A stretch of 62,052 nt of DNA, filler included. It is 8 parts of 8 records of this genome, joined end to end, with 100 filler letters (N's around TTAATTAATTAA, not from the genome) between each part and the next. Parts side by side here need not be neighbours in the genome. Positions count along the whole stretch, not along the records: positions 5,485 to 19,498 come from SRR31156797_68843; 7 more parts are not named here. One strand, 5' to 3'. A model generated the notes under the pieces. It had not been told where the DNA came from. It saw only the letters and a program-made list of their open reading frames with translations, and ran no database searches. The position numbers were made by a program, and so were the translations under genes. Of the stretch, positions 8,028 through 17,895 are shown piece after piece (position 1 is the stretch's first letter; every line of letters starts with the position of its first letter).

Positions 8028-10737
8028 AGAATATTCTCTTGCGTTATCAGGTGTCAGTTGCGGCAATTGTGTTACAAAGATCGTTTCCGCTTTAAGGGAA
8101 AGCGATCCTGATATCTCGCTGGTTATTAATAATAGTAAAGATAAAACAGATCTTATTACCACATTGGAACCAGAAAACGCGATACAAATTATTTCCAGCA
8201 CTGGATATGCTGCGACTTTGCCCGTAATTCACCAATACGAAACAACATTGGCTAACGTTTCTTGCCAAAACTGCGTTAAAAAAATCACGTCTGGCATTAG
8301 AGATGTGGATAACAACGCTGATGTGTCAGTGGACATTTTGGCTCAGCGGTTAGTTGTCAATAGCCATGTCAGTGATTCAGAGGTGGAACGTATTTTACTG
8401 GAGTTAGGATACAGTGGCCGAAACGGAGAGCGGAATACCGCTGTTCCCGATGTGGCTGAATCTAATACGACCAGTGTTCATATGGATTTATTGGCTCAAA
8501 AGCAGACGGTGAATCTGGCTTTAGTGGGAGTGACATGCGCCAGTTGTGTCAATACCATTGAGGGGGCTCTGACAAATCTGGAAGGTGTTGAATCAGTGGA
8601 TGTCAACTTTGCCAACCGTACAGCGACCGTTCAGTCTCATCAATCAACACTATCACTTATTCAGGCGATTCAGGCGGTTGGTTACGATGCCAGTGAAATC
8701 GTTGATGCTGATGAGGCGGAAGATATCAAAGCAGAGCAGGAAGCCCAAGAGTATCGGTTTAAAATCAGGCAAAGTATTATCGGTCTGGGACTGGGTATTC
8801 CATTGATGGGTTATGGCCTGCTGGGTGGCCCTATGAACGTAAATACCCTCTCAGAGCAAGCTCTCTGGCTTGGTATCGGTTTGTTGACATTGGTTATTTT
8901 GTGGCGAGCCGGCAGGCATTTTTTTAAGGGAGCCTGGAAAGCGTTCTTAAATCGTAACGCCAACATGGATACCCTTATTGCACTCGGCACTGGGACGGCC
9001 TGGCTCTATTCAATGGTGGTAGTTTTAGGACCTCAATGGTTACCTGAAAGTGCCAGACACCTCTATTTTGAGGCGACCGCAATGATAATCGGTTTGATCA
9101 ACCTTGGGCAAGCGCTTGAGGTTCGGGCTAGAGGCAGAACGTCTCAGGCTATCAGACGGTTACTTGATCTGAGAGTAAAAACTGCGGTGGTGATTCGTGA
9201 CGGACAAGATGTCTCCGTTCCTGTCGAACAGGTGATGCGGGGTGACAAGATCCGGGTAAGAGCAGGTGAGAAAATTCCTGTGGACGGTGTGGTCACTGAT
9301 GGGCGTACGACGATAGATGAGTCTATGTTAACCGGGGAACCGATTCCCATAGAGAAGCAACCGGGCAGCCAGGTATCCGCAGGCACCATAAACGGTCAGG
9401 GAAGTTTTGTGTTTGAAGCGAAAAAGGTAGGTAGTGACACTGTTCTTGCTCAGATTATCAGCATGGTCTCCAATGCGCAGAACTCGAAACCTCCTATTAG
9501 TCACTTAGCCGACAAGGTTTCTGCCGTTTTTGTACCAACAGTTATGATCTTATCCATTATGACTGCTTTGATATGGTACAACGTTGGTCCGCAGCCAACT
9601 CTGGCCTATATGATTGTTGCCGCAACCTCAGTACTTATTATCGCTTGTCCCTGCGCTCTCGGGCTGGCGACGCCAATATCTACCATGATTGGAGTTGGGA
9701 AGGCGGCAGAGTTTGGTGGTTTGATCCGCAACGGAGAAGCCTTACAGCGGGCAAGTGAATTGGATGTTGTCGTATTGGATAAAACCGGGACCATCACACA
9801 GGGTAAACCTGAGGTCACAAACTTCCGTGTCTTTTCGGGTGAAGAAAATATTTTGTCGCTGGTTGAGACTTTGGAAAAAGGCTCTAACCACCCATTGGCT
9901 CAGGCATTAACCAGCTATGCGCAACACCACGCTCAATCTGGAGAGTCACCACAAGTATCCGAGTTTGAGTCCTTAACCGGTATGGGAGTGCAGGCTCACT
10001 ACAACGGGAAAAGATTGCTCCTTGGTAACGATAAGCTTATGAATCGGTTTGGACTGAAAACAGAGACCGTGAGTGAATACGCCATCCAGTGGGAACAAGA
10101 TGCAAATACTGTGGTGTACTTTGCTGTAGATAACGATATTCAGGCTCTTTTTGGTATCAGCGATCCTATAAGAGAAGATGCCCGAAGTGCGATTGATCGT
10201 TTTCACCAACAAGGTATTCATGTCGTTATGCTAACCGGAGATAACGAAAATACGGCTAGGGCGGTTGCGAGCTTGTCCAATGTTGACGAGTTTTACGCAG
10301 GGCTAATGCCAGAGGATAAGCTTAGCTGGATTAAAGAGTTTCAGGTACAGGGAAAAGTTGTCGGCATGGTTGGCGATGGGATCAATGATGCTCCGGCACT
10401 TGCTCAGTCCGACGTTGGGTTTGCTATCGGAAGCGGCACCGATGTTGCCATTGAAAGTGCGGATATCACTCTGATGCGAAGCTCTCTGCATGGTATTTCA
10501 GATGTTATAGGGATCAGCAGTGCAACGATGACAAATATCAAACAGAACCTCTGGGGGGCGTTCATTTACAACTCCCTGGGTATACCGGTCGCAGCAGGAT
10601 TACTATTTCCATTTACGGGCTGGCTTCTAAGTCCAATCATTGCAGGAGCAGCAATGTCGCTGTCATCTGTTACGGTCGTCACTAACGCAAACCGGTTGCG
10701 CTTATACAAGCCTGGCCGTTCTATCAGTAATAAATAG
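8017..10737 (+). CDS. copA: Cu(I)-translocating P1B-1 ATPase with three HMA domains
   Basis: GVSCGNC, NVSCQNC, GVTCASC; TGE, CPCALGLA, DKTGT, HP, GDGINDAPAL, YN..GIP, AMSLSS. Confidence 0.95.
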   Translation: MKVKEYSLALSGVSCGNCVTKIVSALRESDPDISLVINNSKDKTDLITTLEPENAIQIISSTGYAATLPVIHQYETTLANVSCQNCVKKITSGIRDVDNNADVSVDILAQRLVVNSHVSDSEVERILLELGYSGRNGERNTAVPDVAESNTTSVHMDLLAQKQTVNLALVGVTCASCVNTIEGALTNLEGVESVDVNFANRTATVQSHQSTLSLIQAIQAVGYDASEIVDADEAEDIKAEQEAQEYRFKIRQSIIGLGLGIPLMGYGLLGGPMNVNTLSEQALWLGIGLLTLVILWRAGRHFFKGAWKAFLNRNANMDTLIALGTGTAWLYSMVVVLGPQWLPESARHLYFEATAMIIGLINLGQALEVRARGRTSQAIRRLLDLRVKTAVVIRDGQDVSVPVEQVMRGDKIRVRAGEKIPVDGVVTDGRTTIDESMLTGEPIPIEKQPGSQVSAGTINGQGSFVFEAKKVGSDTVLAQIISMVSNAQNSKPPISHLADKVSAVFVPTVMILSIMTALIWYNVGPQPTLAYMIVAATSVLIIACPCALGLATPISTMIGVGKAAEFGGLIRNGEALQRASELDVVVLDKTGTITQGKPEVTNFRVFSGEENILSLVETLEKGSNHPLAQALTSYAQHHAQSGESPQVSEFESLTGMGVQAHYNGKRLLLGNDKLMNRFGLKTETVSEYAIQWEQDANTVVYFAVDNDIQALFGISDPIREDARSAIDRFHQQGIHVVMLTGDNENTARAVASLSNVDEFYAGLMPEDKLSWIKEFQVQGKVVGMVGDGINDAPALAQSDVGFAIGSGTDVAIESADITLMRSSLHGISDVIGISSATMTNIKQNLWGAFIYNSLGIPVAAGLLFPFTGWLLSPIIAGAAMSLSSVTVVTNANRLRLYKPGRSISNK

Positions 10738-10746
10738 GAGGTTGAT

Positions 10747-10827
10747 ATGTGGGTGAACGTAATAGGTCTTACAGCCATTGTACTGATCATCTGGTGGTTT
10801 TGGGGGAAACAACTCGGCAGAAAATGA
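10747..10827 (+). CDS. 26-aa membrane microprotein (N-terminal anchor of CupA-like cupredoxins, no domain attached)
   Basis: RBS AGGAGG straight after the copA stop; MWVNVIGLTAIVLIIWWFWGKQLGRK*. Confidence 0.55.
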   Translation: MWVNVIGLTAIVLIIWWFWGKQLGRK

Positions 10828-10879
10828 CAATATTGTCATCATTACCGTCCGGTTACTGACAGGTACTGTAGGCTAAGAT
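10824..10879 (+). promoter_or_regulatory. CusR/CopR box 1 with -10
   Basis: Perfect palindrome ATGACAATATTGTCAT (10824-10839); TAAGAT 34 nt downstream; precedes the 10915 ORF. Confidence 0.85.
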
Positions 10880-10914
10880 CAGCACTAGATAGAGTAAGTA
10901 ATTTGGAGAAAGTT

Positions 10915-11238
10915 ATGAAAGCTAACAACAAAAATCACAGTTGCCATTCGGGACACGGCGAGCACAAAGGCCATGGTTGGATGATGCTTCTATGTGTACT
11001 GTTTATGGTCGGAATACCGTTCCTGGTTCTCTCCTCAACCATGAGTTCGTTTAGTCCGTCTCTGCTTGGTACCGCACTTGTGCCTCTGATTTTATGTCTG
11101 GTCATGCACGGGGTGATGATGAAATTTATGATGCCAGGAAGTACAAAAGATCAGGATGCTTCTCAAGAACCGCAGGATAAGAAAGAGGTGCAAATGGTAG
11201 AAGATAAAACGAATGATGGTGGTCGATTTAGCGCTTGA
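10915..11238 (+). CDS. DUF2933-like His-rich two-TM membrane protein
   Basis: HSCHSGHGEHKGHGWMMLLC, two TM segments, LCLVMHGVMMKFMM motif typical of copper-locus small membrane proteins. Confidence 0.65.
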   Translation: MKANNKNHSCHSGHGEHKGHGWMMLLCVLFMVGIPFLVLSSTMSSFSPSLLGTALVPLILCLVMHGVMMKFMMPGSTKDQDASQEPQDKKEVQMVEDKTNDGGRFSA

Positions 11239-11338
11239 TTTATCTCATTCAAAGCAACGAATCAGGAAACCAAGATTTCTAAGTCTTTTGATAACGCCGT
11301 ACAACTTTAAATTTAAAAAAGAGAATAAGGATTGAATA

Positions 11339-11632
11339 ATGAAAACTGTTCTTACAACAATGCTGATCGGTAGCCTTATTTCTGCACCAATATTTGCACA
11401 GGATATGGTAAAAGACAGCGCAACCGAAGGTTCTCATAATCAGCACCACGGTTCGGAGAGTAACACTTCTTCATCCGCTGAAATGCCGATGATGGATATG
11501 ATGCAGAACATGGAAAATCACCAGCAGATGATGTCGCAGATGCATGCCATGATGACTGAAATGCATCAGATGATGTCAGAGAAAGGTTGCGACAAAGCAA
11601 TGGGAAAAAATATGATGGAAAAAGAAAGCTAG
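11339..11632 (+). CDS. Second secreted Met/His-rich periplasmic protein
   Basis: Signal peptide (IFA-Q), HNQHH and MPMMDMMQNMENHQQMMSQMHAMMTEMHQMM. Confidence 0.7.
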   Translation: MKTVLTTMLIGSLISAPIFAQDMVKDSATEGSHNQHHGSESNTSSSAEMPMMDMMQNMENHQQMMSQMHAMMTEMHQMMSEKGCDKAMGKNMMEKES

Positions 11633-11676
11633 TTACCGATTCCGTACATAATTTCTCTTTATCTACTTCAAATTTA

Positions 11677-11709
11677 GCTCGTGCTTATGGCCGGGCTTTT
11701 TCTTTTTTT
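11677..11709 (+). terminator. Rho-independent terminator
   Basis: AGCTCG...CGGGCT imperfect stem followed by a T tract. Confidence 0.5.
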
Positions 11710-11810
11710 CAAAATTTTAATTGATATTTAGCATGATATAGATCATCTGAATATTTTGTAACTTCATGTATAACCATCTGATGTGTCGAATGTTTTCTGG
11801 ATTAATATAA

Positions 11811-13763
11811 ATGTTTAATAACTTGAAACTTGGTCAAAAGATAGGCTTGGGTTTTGCGACTCTTATGGTATTTCTTTCCATTATAGTGATGATGAGTATT
11901 TTCACGCTGAATAAGGCTGATTTGGGTATAGAATCGTATAGTCGCCTTAGTGAAGTGTCTGACTTTAGTTATCATATTCGAAATAAATTGATTGAAGTGA
12001 AAGAAGATACACGAGCGTACTTATTGTCAAATAGTGATACAGACATTCAACGCTACAACAAACATATCTCGGAGTTGGACAAAGCCCTTCAGATGCACTT
12101 ACCCTCATTCGACATGAAAAATGCAAAAGTGCTTAACGACATATCAAATAAACTGCATCAATATGATGAAATATTTTCAGATGTAATCAACCAAACAAAA
12201 CAGAGAAGCGATGTTTTGAATGGTGTCCTTGAACCGAGTGGTGAGCATATGTTCAGTACCATGCGTCAACTTGCAGTCAAGGCTTATGATTATGGTGACA
12301 CAGACTCTGCGTATCGGGCATCTCTGGTTCAGGAAAAGCTGCTATCAAGTCGGATCAATGTGTTGAAGTTTCTACAGTCAAGCAGTGATGAAAATTACGA
12401 TATAGCCTTGAAAGATATGCAAGAGTTGAAAGGCGAAGCTATGGCGTTAAAGAACCTGTTAACCGAGGATTCATTGAAAGGCCTCCTTACTCAGTATCAC
12501 ACGTCACACAAATCGTATCTTCAAGCAATGAGTTTGATTCAACAGGCCGAAGTTGCCCGAAAAGAATTGATTCAAGTTCGCCTTAAAGGTTTAGAAACTG
12601 AAATAGAAAAAGACATATTAGAGATTCAATCTACCGTCAATGATAGCAAGAGAACAACCGAACTGGCATTGAAGTCAACAACAAAGCAGAGTATCCAGTT
12701 TACTACTGCTATTTCATTTATTGCCATTTTAATCGGTACTGTCTTGGCGTACTTGATGACTATCTCGATTACTAAGCCCATTTTGAAAGCTATCGATGCA
12801 GCAGATAAGCTTTCTCAGGGAGATTTATCGGGCTGCTCTGACGAATCAAGTGTTCGAAAAGATGAGGTCGGAACGTTACTCAATGCGATCAATGTTACGA
12901 CGATACGATTGAGAAGTATGGTCAGCACGATTGCTGAAGCCGGTAAAGAGCTGAATCAAACATCTTCGGTGATGATCAATCTGACGGAGAAATACTCCAA
13001 CAGTATCCAGAGACAAGAACAGGAAACCGATTCCGTAGCAACTGCAATGACGGAAATGACAGCGACCGTAAAAGATGTTGCTCAAAATACTTTAATGGCT
13101 GAACAAACAGCAAGTGAAGCAAGGGAGCGAGCAACGAAAGGTTATATCATTGCAAAAGAGACCACGCAGATAATCAATAAGCTAGCTCAATCCGTTGGTG
13201 ATTCTGCTGAAAAATTATCTGTAGTGGAAGTTGAGTCCGGTGATATTGGCAATATATTAAATGTTATCTATGAAGTCGCGGAGCAAACGAATCTTCTCGC
13301 TTTAAATGCGGCCATTGAGGCAGCAAGAGCGGGGGAACATGGTCGTGGTTTCGCGGTTGTTGCTGACGAAGTAAGGCTACTTGCACAGCGAACTCGAGAG
13401 TCAATCACTCAGATACATACTATCACTGAAAAACTACAACATGGTATCCAAGATGCTGTTCAGGCAATGAACAATGGTAAAACTCAAACCGTGTCCAGTG
13501 TTGAACAGGTTAGCCTCATGGGCGACGCACTATCGGCTATTGAAGAGTCCGTGTCGGTTATTTCTGATATGAATACTCAAATTGCTAGTGCTTCTGGTCA
13601 GCAAAGTATTGTCGCGGATCGTGTCGGTGAACATATGAAATCCGTTGGTGAAATTGCTCGTAGAAATACAAACACGATTATGGATATCAACTCGTTATGT
13701 AGTGATGTCGGTAGTTTATCAATTCAACTGAGTAAGCTGATCAGTCAGTTTAAGCTTTCATAA
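11811..13763 (+). CDS. Methyl-accepting chemotaxis protein (helical periplasmic sensor, HAMP)
   Basis: Two TMs, [44 protein letters not shown]. Confidence 0.95.
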   Translation: MFNNLKLGQKIGLGFATLMVFLSIIVMMSIFTLNKADLGIESYSRLSEVSDFSYHIRNKLIEVKEDTRAYLLSNSDTDIQRYNKHISELDKALQMHLPSFDMKNAKVLNDISNKLHQYDEIFSDVINQTKQRSDVLNGVLEPSGEHMFSTMRQLAVKAYDYGDTDSAYRASLVQEKLLSSRINVLKFLQSSSDENYDIALKDMQELKGEAMALKNLLTEDSLKGLLTQYHTSHKSYLQAMSLIQQAEVARKELIQVRLKGLETEIEKDILEIQSTVNDSKRTTELALKSTTKQSIQFTTAISFIAILIGTVLAYLMTISITKPILKAIDAADKLSQGDLSGCSDESSVRKDEVGTLLNAINVTTIRLRSMVSTIAEAGKELNQTSSVMINLTEKYSNSIQRQEQETDSVATAMTEMTATVKDVAQNTLMAEQTASEARERATKGYIIAKETTQIINKLAQSVGDSAEKLSVVEVESGDIGNILNVIYEVAEQTNLLALNAAIEAARAGEHGRGFAVVADEVRLLAQRTRESITQIHTITEKLQHGIQDAVQAMNNGKTQTVSSVEQVSLMGDALSAIEESVSVISDMNTQIASASGQQSIVADRVGEHMKSVGEIARRNTNTIMDINSLCSDVGSLSIQLSKLISQFKLS

Positions 13764-14151
13764 ATCAGCAAATTATTTGGATGGTGCCTGGTTGAGCTGA
13801 GATGCATAAAAATTCGCTTTAATTAAAAAGAGACGTTGGGTAGCTGAGCCACATGAAATGAGGTTGATAGGTTGTTCAGGTTGGTTCTCATATATTGAAG
13901 TGCTGTGTCTGCGCGGGCTTACCGTGGCACTCTTTCTTTCTCTGCCATTGAAGAGACAAGGAAGTTCAACAAATATGAAATTTGGTGCACTCTTCCTTAG
14001 GTGTATTGCGAATAATTCATTTTAGTACTACTTGTTTCTTTGGTGAAAAGATCGAACCAGATTTTTCGTATTCCTATCTTCTGTCGTTATTATTCATCCT
14101 CTCCTATGTTTAATCTCGTATTAGAGATAACGTTTATTAAGTAGTGATAAT

Positions 14152-14233
14152 AAAAAAAGCTGAGCCTAATGCTCAGCTATAAATGATAAATAAAATAATG
14201 AACCTCAAATGTTACCATATGAGTAAGCAGTGG
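14152..14233 (-). ncRNA. Candidate CusR-induced sRNA A (about 80 nt)
   Basis: Lies between the minus-strand CusR promoter and the terminator AGCTGAGC-ATTAG-GCTCAGCT-TTTTTT; no RBS-led ORF inside. Start inferred from the -10. Confidence 0.55.
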
Positions 14234-14239
14234 ATCTCT

Positions 14240-14294
14240 AGTATAAATGTAATATAATGAATTTTTCCTGACCAGAGAATGACAGATTTGTCAT
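14240..14294 (-). promoter_or_regulatory. CusR/CopR box 2 with -10, leftward
   Basis: Minus strand ATGACAAATCTGTCAT (14294-14279), N6-GTCAG, then TATACT exactly 33 nt after the box. Confidence 0.75.
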
Positions 14295-14577
14295 GGAATT
14301 AACAATAAATATAAGATATAACGCCATTGTTCTTAATCATTAATTACAGAAAAATTAATAGGATGAGAGGTAAAGGTTAAACTTTACGATGCAGATGATG
14401 TTTTGTTGTCTTTTATCTATAAACTTATGATTTTTTTGTTTTTCATCCCAAGTGTTGCTTTTACTAATATTACATTCCCAAATATTTTCCTACCGCAATG
14501 AATTGCTTGTATCACTATTTTCTATATTTATCCCTGTGCTGGGAATACTTAAAATATAAATAGCAAAGGATATTAAA

Positions 14578-14632
14578 ATTACACGAATGTCATTTTTGAG
14601 TCATGTTTATGACATGAATGAATTGTTAATTT
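14578..14632 (+). promoter_or_regulatory. CusR/CopR box 3 with -10, upstream of porin
   Basis: ATTACACGAATGTCAT (degenerate), N6-GTCAT, TAATTT 33 nt after the box. Confidence 0.6.
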
Positions 14633-14951
14633 CTCCGTTATAGAAATTAGATGAATGATTACCTATTCAAAAATATGCATGGTTAGAATAAATTAAGCAG
14701 CTTTGTCTGCTTAATTATTGTTTGAGTAGAAAGCAGCGTGATATTGCTTTGCCAGTATTTTAATTTTGTTGAGTGGGGCGATACCATAATATTATATGGC
14801 ATATTTTTCTTTGTCTCCCTCGTGACTTTGTTAGTACTGGCATGCAATTAAATGGCCCCTCTCTTTCTGTAGTAGGGGGTAGGAATGTCGAAAATCATAT
14901 GAGAATCGATAGATTTTTGTCCTGTTTCGACGACACAAGGAAATTGCATAA

Positions 14952-16298
14952 ATGATTGAAAAAAAATTAAAAATGGCTGCTCCTTTGGCAGTGGTACTAA
15001 TTACAGCTCCGGCACTGGCTGATGTCGCTTCACCATCGCTAGATGGTTTGAAGGGTGAAATTGATCAACTGACCGCAGAAGTCGCTAACCTAAAAAATGA
15101 CCAATCTGCTATCAGGCTTAATGGTTATTACCGTATGCAAGGCACGGCGGAAAGCCTCGATGAAACTGACGATAATAGTAGTACTTGGGTTGATCAGCGT
15201 CTGCGCATGAAGGTCACCGGCGACCTGAATGAAAATGTTACTGTGGTTTGGTACGGTGAGTACGATGCTCCCTTTGGTGAAAAAGGTAGTAAGACGGTCG
15301 CAGGTTCAGGTGGCAAACTCAGCTCTGATGGCGTTGGTATTGAGACAAAAAACGCTTACGTTGATTTTAGACTACCGAATACGGACTGGAAGGTACGAAC
15401 GGGTATTCAAGGGTATGGTTTTGGCAAATATGAGAGTTTCGTGACTGATGATGACATGAACGGCATCTCGTTTTTGGGCAATATAGACATGGTCAACCTG
15501 AGCGGGGGTTGGTTTAAATGGGATGAAGGAGAAAGAGATTCGTCAGACGACGTCGACTTCTACGTGTTGAATGGTGAGTTAAACCCTAACGATAATCTAA
15601 GTTACGGTTTTACTGGAGGCTCAATCAACAACAGGAACGAAGATGCCATTAATGGCACGGCTGCTCGAACGGACGATATTTATCTTGGATCCTACGTTGA
15701 CTACACTTATGGTGACATGGCTTATAGCGGTTCTGTACTCTATAAGATTGCGTCAGGAATGGACTCAAATGCTTCTGATGGCGAAGCATTCATGTTAAAT
15801 CTCTATGCTCAAAAGCATTGGACTGGCGGTTATATTAAAGTCCACGGTATCTATATTCCTGCTGACGACAGCAGTAATGGGACAGATCGTTTTGCTGAAA
15901 ACAATTCAGGTTATGAGCTCAACAGTAGTAACCTGATGATCTTTGGAACCGATTCATACTACAACAACGGCTCGCAAGGAGGTAAGGCAGTTTTAGATGC
16001 AGCTTACCAAGGGTACGGCTTGTTGGGACTGATGCTTTCTGGTGATCAGATGCTAGAAGATGACTACTATGTTAAGTATGGCGCTGGTTACTTCAGAGTG
16101 GCTGACGATGCCCCTCAGAGTGCTTCACAGGCAAATGGTTCGAATCTTGGTGCTGAATTGGCTGCACAGTTTGGCAAAAAATTTGCGGGTATATATGACT
16201 TGAGTTTGCGTGGTTCTTACGGTTTTATGGGGGATTTCTATCAAGAAAGCTCTGAGGACACATACAAGATTGTTGCTATGCTCAATGTCGTATTCTAA
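14952..16298 (+). CDS. Outer-membrane beta-barrel porin, deltaproteobacterial (OmpJ-like) type
   Basis: Signal peptide, short coiled coil, WVDQRLRM, GEYDAPFG, SSDGVGIETKNAYVDF, alternating beta strands, terminal Phe. Confidence 0.75.
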   Translation: MIEKKLKMAAPLAVVLITAPALADVASPSLDGLKGEIDQLTAEVANLKNDQSAIRLNGYYRMQGTAESLDETDDNSSTWVDQRLRMKVTGDLNENVTVVWYGEYDAPFGEKGSKTVAGSGGKLSSDGVGIETKNAYVDFRLPNTDWKVRTGIQGYGFGKYESFVTDDDMNGISFLGNIDMVNLSGGWFKWDEGERDSSDDVDFYVLNGELNPNDNLSYGFTGGSINNRNEDAINGTAARTDDIYLGSYVDYTYGDMAYSGSVLYKIASGMDSNASDGEAFMLNLYAQKHWTGGYIKVHGIYIPADDSSNGTDRFAENNSGYELNSSNLMIFGTDSYYNNGSQGGKAVLDAAYQGYGLLGLMLSGDQMLEDDYYVKYGAGYFRVADDAPQSASQANGSNLGAELAAQFGKKFAGIYDLSLRGSYGFMGDFYQESSEDTYKIVAMLNVVF

Positions 16299-16330
16299 TT
16301 GAATCATTAAATACAATTAATTTTATTATG

Positions 16331-16358
16331 ACGGTCAAGCAGTCGCTTGACCGTTTTT
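16331..16358 (+). terminator. Rho-independent terminator after porin
   Basis: ACGGTCAAGC-AGTC-GCTTGACCGT-TTTT. Confidence 0.85.
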
Positions 16359-16567
16359 CTGCGTTATCAAATCATTCAAGATTATTATTTTATTGAATCC
16401 AGGATGTTCTTCTCATGAGTTTTAATCAAAGTCGAGCCTTATGGATAACCTTTTTCTTATTAATGGGTTAACCGATTTTTACCATTCGGACCGTTTCCAT
16501 TGTTAATCTTTCCGTGTATAGCGTTGATATCAACCAATGAGTTCAACTCATTAACTTTTAAGGAAAT

Positions 16568-16622
16568 ATGACAAAATTGTCATCTTAAAGACCAGAGTTC
16601 GACACCATGGCACCATTAAGAT
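16568..16622 (+). promoter_or_regulatory. CusR/CopR box 4 with -10
   Basis: ATGACAAAATTGTCAT (16568-16583); TAAGAT 33 nt downstream. Confidence 0.85.
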
Positions 16623-16663
16623 GTGATCAAGTTACAAATATCAACGCAACAAAAGGAAATCCA

Positions 16664-17035
16664 ATGAAACTGATGAAAACGACTTTTACGACAGCAGCCT
16701 TGATTTTACTAAGTGGAAACGTCCTGGCAGGTCAGTATATTAATACTTATGGCAATTTTGAGGAAAGACTGGACACTCGCACATTTCACACCGAAGCGGT
16801 CTCTTCAAAACAAGAAGCCTATAAACTGGGGTTACAGCAACTACATGAACTTGACAATAGCTCGTCACAAGAGCTCAATCATAAATTATTGGTCACTGGC
16901 GACAGTAGTAATGATATCCATTTGAATAAAAACGGTTATGTAACCGTACAGGAATTTATGAACGATGCTGGCCAGATATTGTACAAAGGTGAAGTTAACG
17001 TCAGCTATCACTACGCAGAACGTCGTGACGATTAA
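16664..17035 (+). CDS. DUF3316-like secreted protein (Vibrio-enriched family)
   Basis: RBS AGGA, signal peptide, SKQEAYKLG...YVTVQEFM...YKGEVNVSYHY. Confidence 0.7.
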   Translation: MKLMKTTFTTAALILLSGNVLAGQYINTYGNFEERLDTRTFHTEAVSSKQEAYKLGLQQLHELDNSSSQELNHKLLVTGDSSNDIHLNKNGYVTVQEFMNDAGQILYKGEVNVSYHYAERRDD

Positions 17036-17211
17036 AACGATTAAGTAACAGTGACTCGAAACTCTAGCGTTATAGGGTAGTCGAGTCATTGTTATTTTTT
17101 TGCGCTAAATGACATCGGTTGAACAGTCATTCGGCAATATCCAATTCAAGTTATTTGAGCTAGTTTGTATAATAACGCTCTAAGTACATAACACTATAAT
17201 ATTTATTAGAA

Positions 17212-17895
17212 ATGAAGCTATTAATTGTTGAAGACGAGCCTAAAACAGGCAGTTACTTAAAAAAGGGATTTACTGAGTCAGGCTACGTTGTTGATCTTGC
17301 TTATGACGGCGTCGATGGACTCTACCAGGCGACCACCAATCATTATGATCTCATTATATTAGATATCATGCTTCCTAAGTTAAATGGTTGGCAAGTGTTA
17401 CAAACAATGCGAAGCAGTCAATTAGATACACCAATCATTATGCTTTCTGCAAAAGATCAGGTAGAAGACAGGGTTAAGGGACTGGAGTTGGGAGCGAACG
17501 ATTATGTCGTCAAACCTTTTGCTTTTGTTGAGTTGCTTGCCCGGGTTAAAAATGCGTTAAGACACCAAAACGGGCAAGTGAAGAATGATGCGACCTTAGC
17601 TATCGCTGATTTATCTCTGGATCTTTTGAAGCGGACAGTTCACAGAGGGGGGGACGCGATCCTTCTGACCGCCAAAGAGTTCTCTTTATTAGAACTCTTT
17701 TTGCAAAGACGTGGCGAAGTTCTGTCGCGTTCACTCATCGCCTCTTTGATATGGGATATGAACTTTGATAGTGATACCAATGTTATTGATGTGGCGGTCA
17801 AAAGGTTGCGATCTAAAATTGATAAACCTTTTGATGTTAAATTAATTCATACGGTGCGTGGTATGGGTTATAAACTCGATGATTCTGTAGAATGA
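17212..17895 (+). CDS. cusR: Heavy-metal response regulator CusR/CopR
   Basis: [63 protein letters not shown]. Confidence 0.9.
   Translation: MKLLIVEDEPKTGSYLKKGFTESGYVVDLAYDGVDGLYQATTNHYDLIILDIMLPKLNGWQVLQTMRSSQLDTPIIMLSAKDQVEDRVKGLELGANDYVVKPFAFVELLARVKNALRHQNGQVKNDATLAIADLSLDLLKRTVHRGGDAILLTAKEFSLLELFLQRRGEVLSRSLIASLIWDMNFDSDTNVIDVAVKRLRSKIDKPFDVKLIHTVRGMGYKLDDSVE

Noticed and set aside
13764-14150. Minus-strand RBS AGGAGAGG-ATG near 14100 and surrounding ORF-less DNA
   Set aside because: The ORF stops after 7 codons and no recognisable homology is visible. It may be a decayed gene but cannot be supported.
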